64,000 nt of DNA from Hemiscyllium ocellatum (Eukaryota). The position numbers and the translations under genes were made by a program. A model generated the notes under the pieces. It did no database searches. It was not told the DNA's origin and saw nothing but the letters and a program-made list of their open reading frames with translations. Positions 61,713 to 64,000 of the stretch are shown here, one piece after another; the first letter of the stretch is position 1, and the number at the start of each line of letters is the position of its first letter. Location: positions 12,834,001 to 12,898,000 of the forward strand of contig NC_083445.1 in NCBI RefSeq assembly GCF_020745735.1, given 5' to 3'.

Positions 61713-64000
61713 CATTAAGTGTAAGGGGGTTATCCCCACTGTCCCAATCAATATTTATTTCTGAATCAACATCATAAAAGTAAACTTTCTGTTTATTGTC
61801 ACATTGCTGTGTGCAAATTGACTGTCATAATTCCAACATTACAACAGTGCCTCTTTTATGAAAGTACTGCATTTGTAATATACAATTCTTTGGGATGTCC
61901 TGAGGTATCTGGAGTGTTGTGTGCAGTTCTGAGTGCATTAAGGGAAAAGTTTAATGCTGTAGAAGGAGTGCAATGAAGGTTCAGCAACCTTGTTTCTGGA
62001 CTGGTAGGACCTCCATAAAAAGAGAGATTGGGCAAGTTGGTCATATATTTTCTAGCATTTTGAAGAATGAGAGATGATCGCATTGGAACTTAGAAAATCC
62101 TGAAAGGGTTAGAAAGTAGGTGCAGGTAAGATGTTTCCCTGGTTAGGGAGTCTGGAAGCAGAGGATAACATTTTGAAAAAAGAGTGGATGCCACTTAGGT
62201 CTGAGTCAAGAAGAAATGATTTTACACAGAAGGTTGTGAACCTTTGGAATTCTCTATCATAGCTGCTGAAGATCTGTCTTTAGATAAGTTTAAGGTATCA
62301 AAAATCTATCAATGGCAGAAAGGGGATGAGGTAACCCTAAGGGGAGTTCCTGTTTTTATTAAATTAATTGCACGTCAGATGGACAATCACTTGTGTGGAG
62401 CATCAAAGCCCACACCAGTTCTGTCTTCCCACTTATGTGGAGTTTCTTAATGAGTTAGCAGGAGTTGGCATCCTGGTTGTGTTAATCCCTCCCTTTCCAT
62501 GGGGGATCATTGTTTGTCTTCCAGATCAAGATGAATGCACTTGCGCACATTGAGCCATCAGACTAACTGGTTGCATTATCATTAACTAGCATATGAAAGA
62601 AACAAAGAACCTGGCTTGATATACAATGTTGACTTATTTAGAATATACAGAAGTGTATGAGTCTTTTGAGAGGTTGCATGGTTACAGCCACTAAGAGTGC
62701 CGTATGGGACATACGTTTTATTTATTTTAGTTTATAGAAAGAGAAATGGTATTGAAATTAAACTGATAGTATTTCTGTATGTAAGCTACTATGTTTTGTT
62801 TATTCCCCTTCAAATTTTCTCGGTTTTGATCAGTCCTTTTCAGTTAACTAGTAGATTGGTTCCGTGATATTGTTATTTGTAGCACAGGCTTTGAAGAGCT
62901 GAATTTCAGGTATAGCACAGAAATCAAGTGAATAGTAAAAGGGTGATTAAATCTATTCAGGTTCAGGTAACATCATACTCAGGTGAACTGTTCCCATTTT
63001 ATAACCACCACTCAAGATTAAATTCCAAACCGAAAGTTGTTGTCTGCTGATGATTGTTATTTAATATATTGAGTTTCTGTGAGGGAGTTTATTCTGCTTA
63101 TGGTCTGATCTTCATCTGGATATTTCTCAAACAAATAAGAGAAATGAGAAATTGTGTTTCAGGTGCAGCACTCCAGTCTATCTTCACTTGGAGTAGCCCT
63201 GCCTTTAGTTGCCTTAGCTATTCCATAATCCTGTCCGTCTCTTTCTTCTCAGTTAAGTCTCTTATGTGGGTATGTGTCACATTTTGTTTGACAATTGCTT
63301 TGGAAAATTTCACTTTGCTAAAGGAACTTCATAATTCTAAGTTGATGAGATACACGAGTTATCCCAGAAACCTTTATCTGTTTTACTACTCTCAATGCTT
63401 TACACTGTATTGCAATTCCAACAGAATACATTTAACAACACCCTTGTTTCTTGTTGCATTTGTACAAAATCACCTATGATTTATTTGTAATAATCAATGA
63501 GCGTTTGCATATTTATATCATGTACTGTTAAAGCAATGATATTCCAGTCTTTGATGGTTCAAACAGATGAATGCAAATATTGATGGCGTTGGAAGCATTG
63601 TGACAGGGTTGTAACATCAGAGTCCAAGAGCAAAATTATCATCTTGACTTCAGCAGCTAGCATTGTCTATGGTTTAATATTTAATTTGCTTAAAAAAAGT
63701 GTGCTGAGGCTCTAGTGATAACCTGTCCAGACTGTACTGAGATATTGTAGCTAATCTCAGTGAGACAGACCTATTTTTCCAATAACCTGTTCAGAGATGT
63801 TATTACACGCTGGAACAGGTAGGATTTGAACTCCAGCATCCTGGTCCAGGGGTAGGGACACTACCACTGTGCCACAGGAGGACCTGCTCGGTGGGACAGA
63901 ATATTTCATTTGACTTTAGTGCACCTGGATGAACAGAAGAAACTTGGGCTGAAATCAAAATCCTCAACAATATTGACAGGGTGTGTGAAACTCAAATGAA

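Noticed and set aside
63054-63479. 141-aa hydrophobic ORF
   Set aside because: Non-ATG start in T-rich intron sequence; not DOCK exon 2 (expected TVAAEVRKQ-like), which I do not see in the window

Overview
Vertebrate genomic DNA, almost certainly from a cartilaginous fish. This is inferred from HE1-like tRNA SINEs, HER1/CR1 LINEs and Deu-domain SINE remnants. Repeats make up most of the window. Host genes I can read from the sequence: (1) the first coding exon of a CAMSAP3-like gene on the minus strand (7704-7833); (2) a four-coding-exon Tctex1-domain dynein light chain gene on the minus strand (36777 to 27636, about 230 aa), which the ORF track only partly captures; (3) the first coding exon of a DOCK-C gene, most likely DOCK6, on the plus strand (60664-60710), preceded by a CpG-rich 77/87-bp higher-order tandem repeat. 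Between CAMSAP3 and the Tctex gene are the remains of an apparently dead multi-exon gene for a Cys-rich secreted protein that I do not recognise (about 10.5-19 kb, plus strand), with one exon split by a CR1 insertion. A weaker second relic may lie at 50.5-58.8 kb. The most striking non-genic signal is a dense set of Penelope-like retroelement (PLE) insertions from at least three families carrying minimal hammerhead-ribozyme motifs. They include a 2.8-kb inverted RT/GIY-YIG copy and several ~100-220-bp hairpin mini-insertions with ~14-16-bp target-site duplications (TSDs), whose inversion points fall inside the ribozyme. Repeat boundaries are read by eye and are approximate unless a TSD is quoted.
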